The notes under the pieces are model-generated. The model saw only the letters and a program-made list of their open reading frames with translations, was not told the origin of the DNA and did not search any database. From Octopus sinensis (lineage: Eukaryota), in assembly GCF_006345805.1 (NCBI RefSeq), contig NC_043006.1:18414001-18478000 (forward strand): 64,000 nucleotides of DNA, given 5' to 3'. Of the stretch, positions 63,964 through 64,000 are shown piece by piece. The position numbers and the translations under genes were made by a program. How positions within the stretch are numbered: position 1 is the stretch's first letter; each line of letters begins with the position of its first letter.

Positions 63964-64000
<37 letters not shown>

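Overview
AT-rich, microsatellite-dense eukaryotic DNA made mostly of transposable elements. The SINE and LINE families look like those of coleoid cephalopods (Octopus); this is inferred from recalled repeat consensus, not from a search. Host-gene content is small. Three phase-compatible + strand exons (6299-6378, 13918-14045, 15501-15650) encode a TPR protein that aligns without gaps to my recollection of the TTC23 C-terminal repeats. One - strand terminal exon (40350-40769) encodes a coiled-coil C-terminus of an unidentified gene. The remainder is at least four tRNA-type SINE families, many 3' fragments of an RTE LINE, a full-length decayed mariner, Tigger/pogo and Chapaev-like remnants, Helitron helicase remnants and non-autonomous Helitrons, a Penelope GIY-YIG remnant, TTAA MITEs and simple repeats. 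The main unexplained signal is four sequence-unrelated fold-back (inverted-repeat) elements at about 17.8, 20.2, 25.0 and 26.8 kb. Each carries a type I hammerhead-ribozyme fold in both arms, with a very short palindromic helix III. Further solitary hammerhead-like folds lie at about 35.1, 48.5, 60.4 and 63.0 kb. These are probably Penelope pLTR or retrozyme derivatives. All structures were paired by eye, most catalytic cores are partly decayed, and activity is untested.
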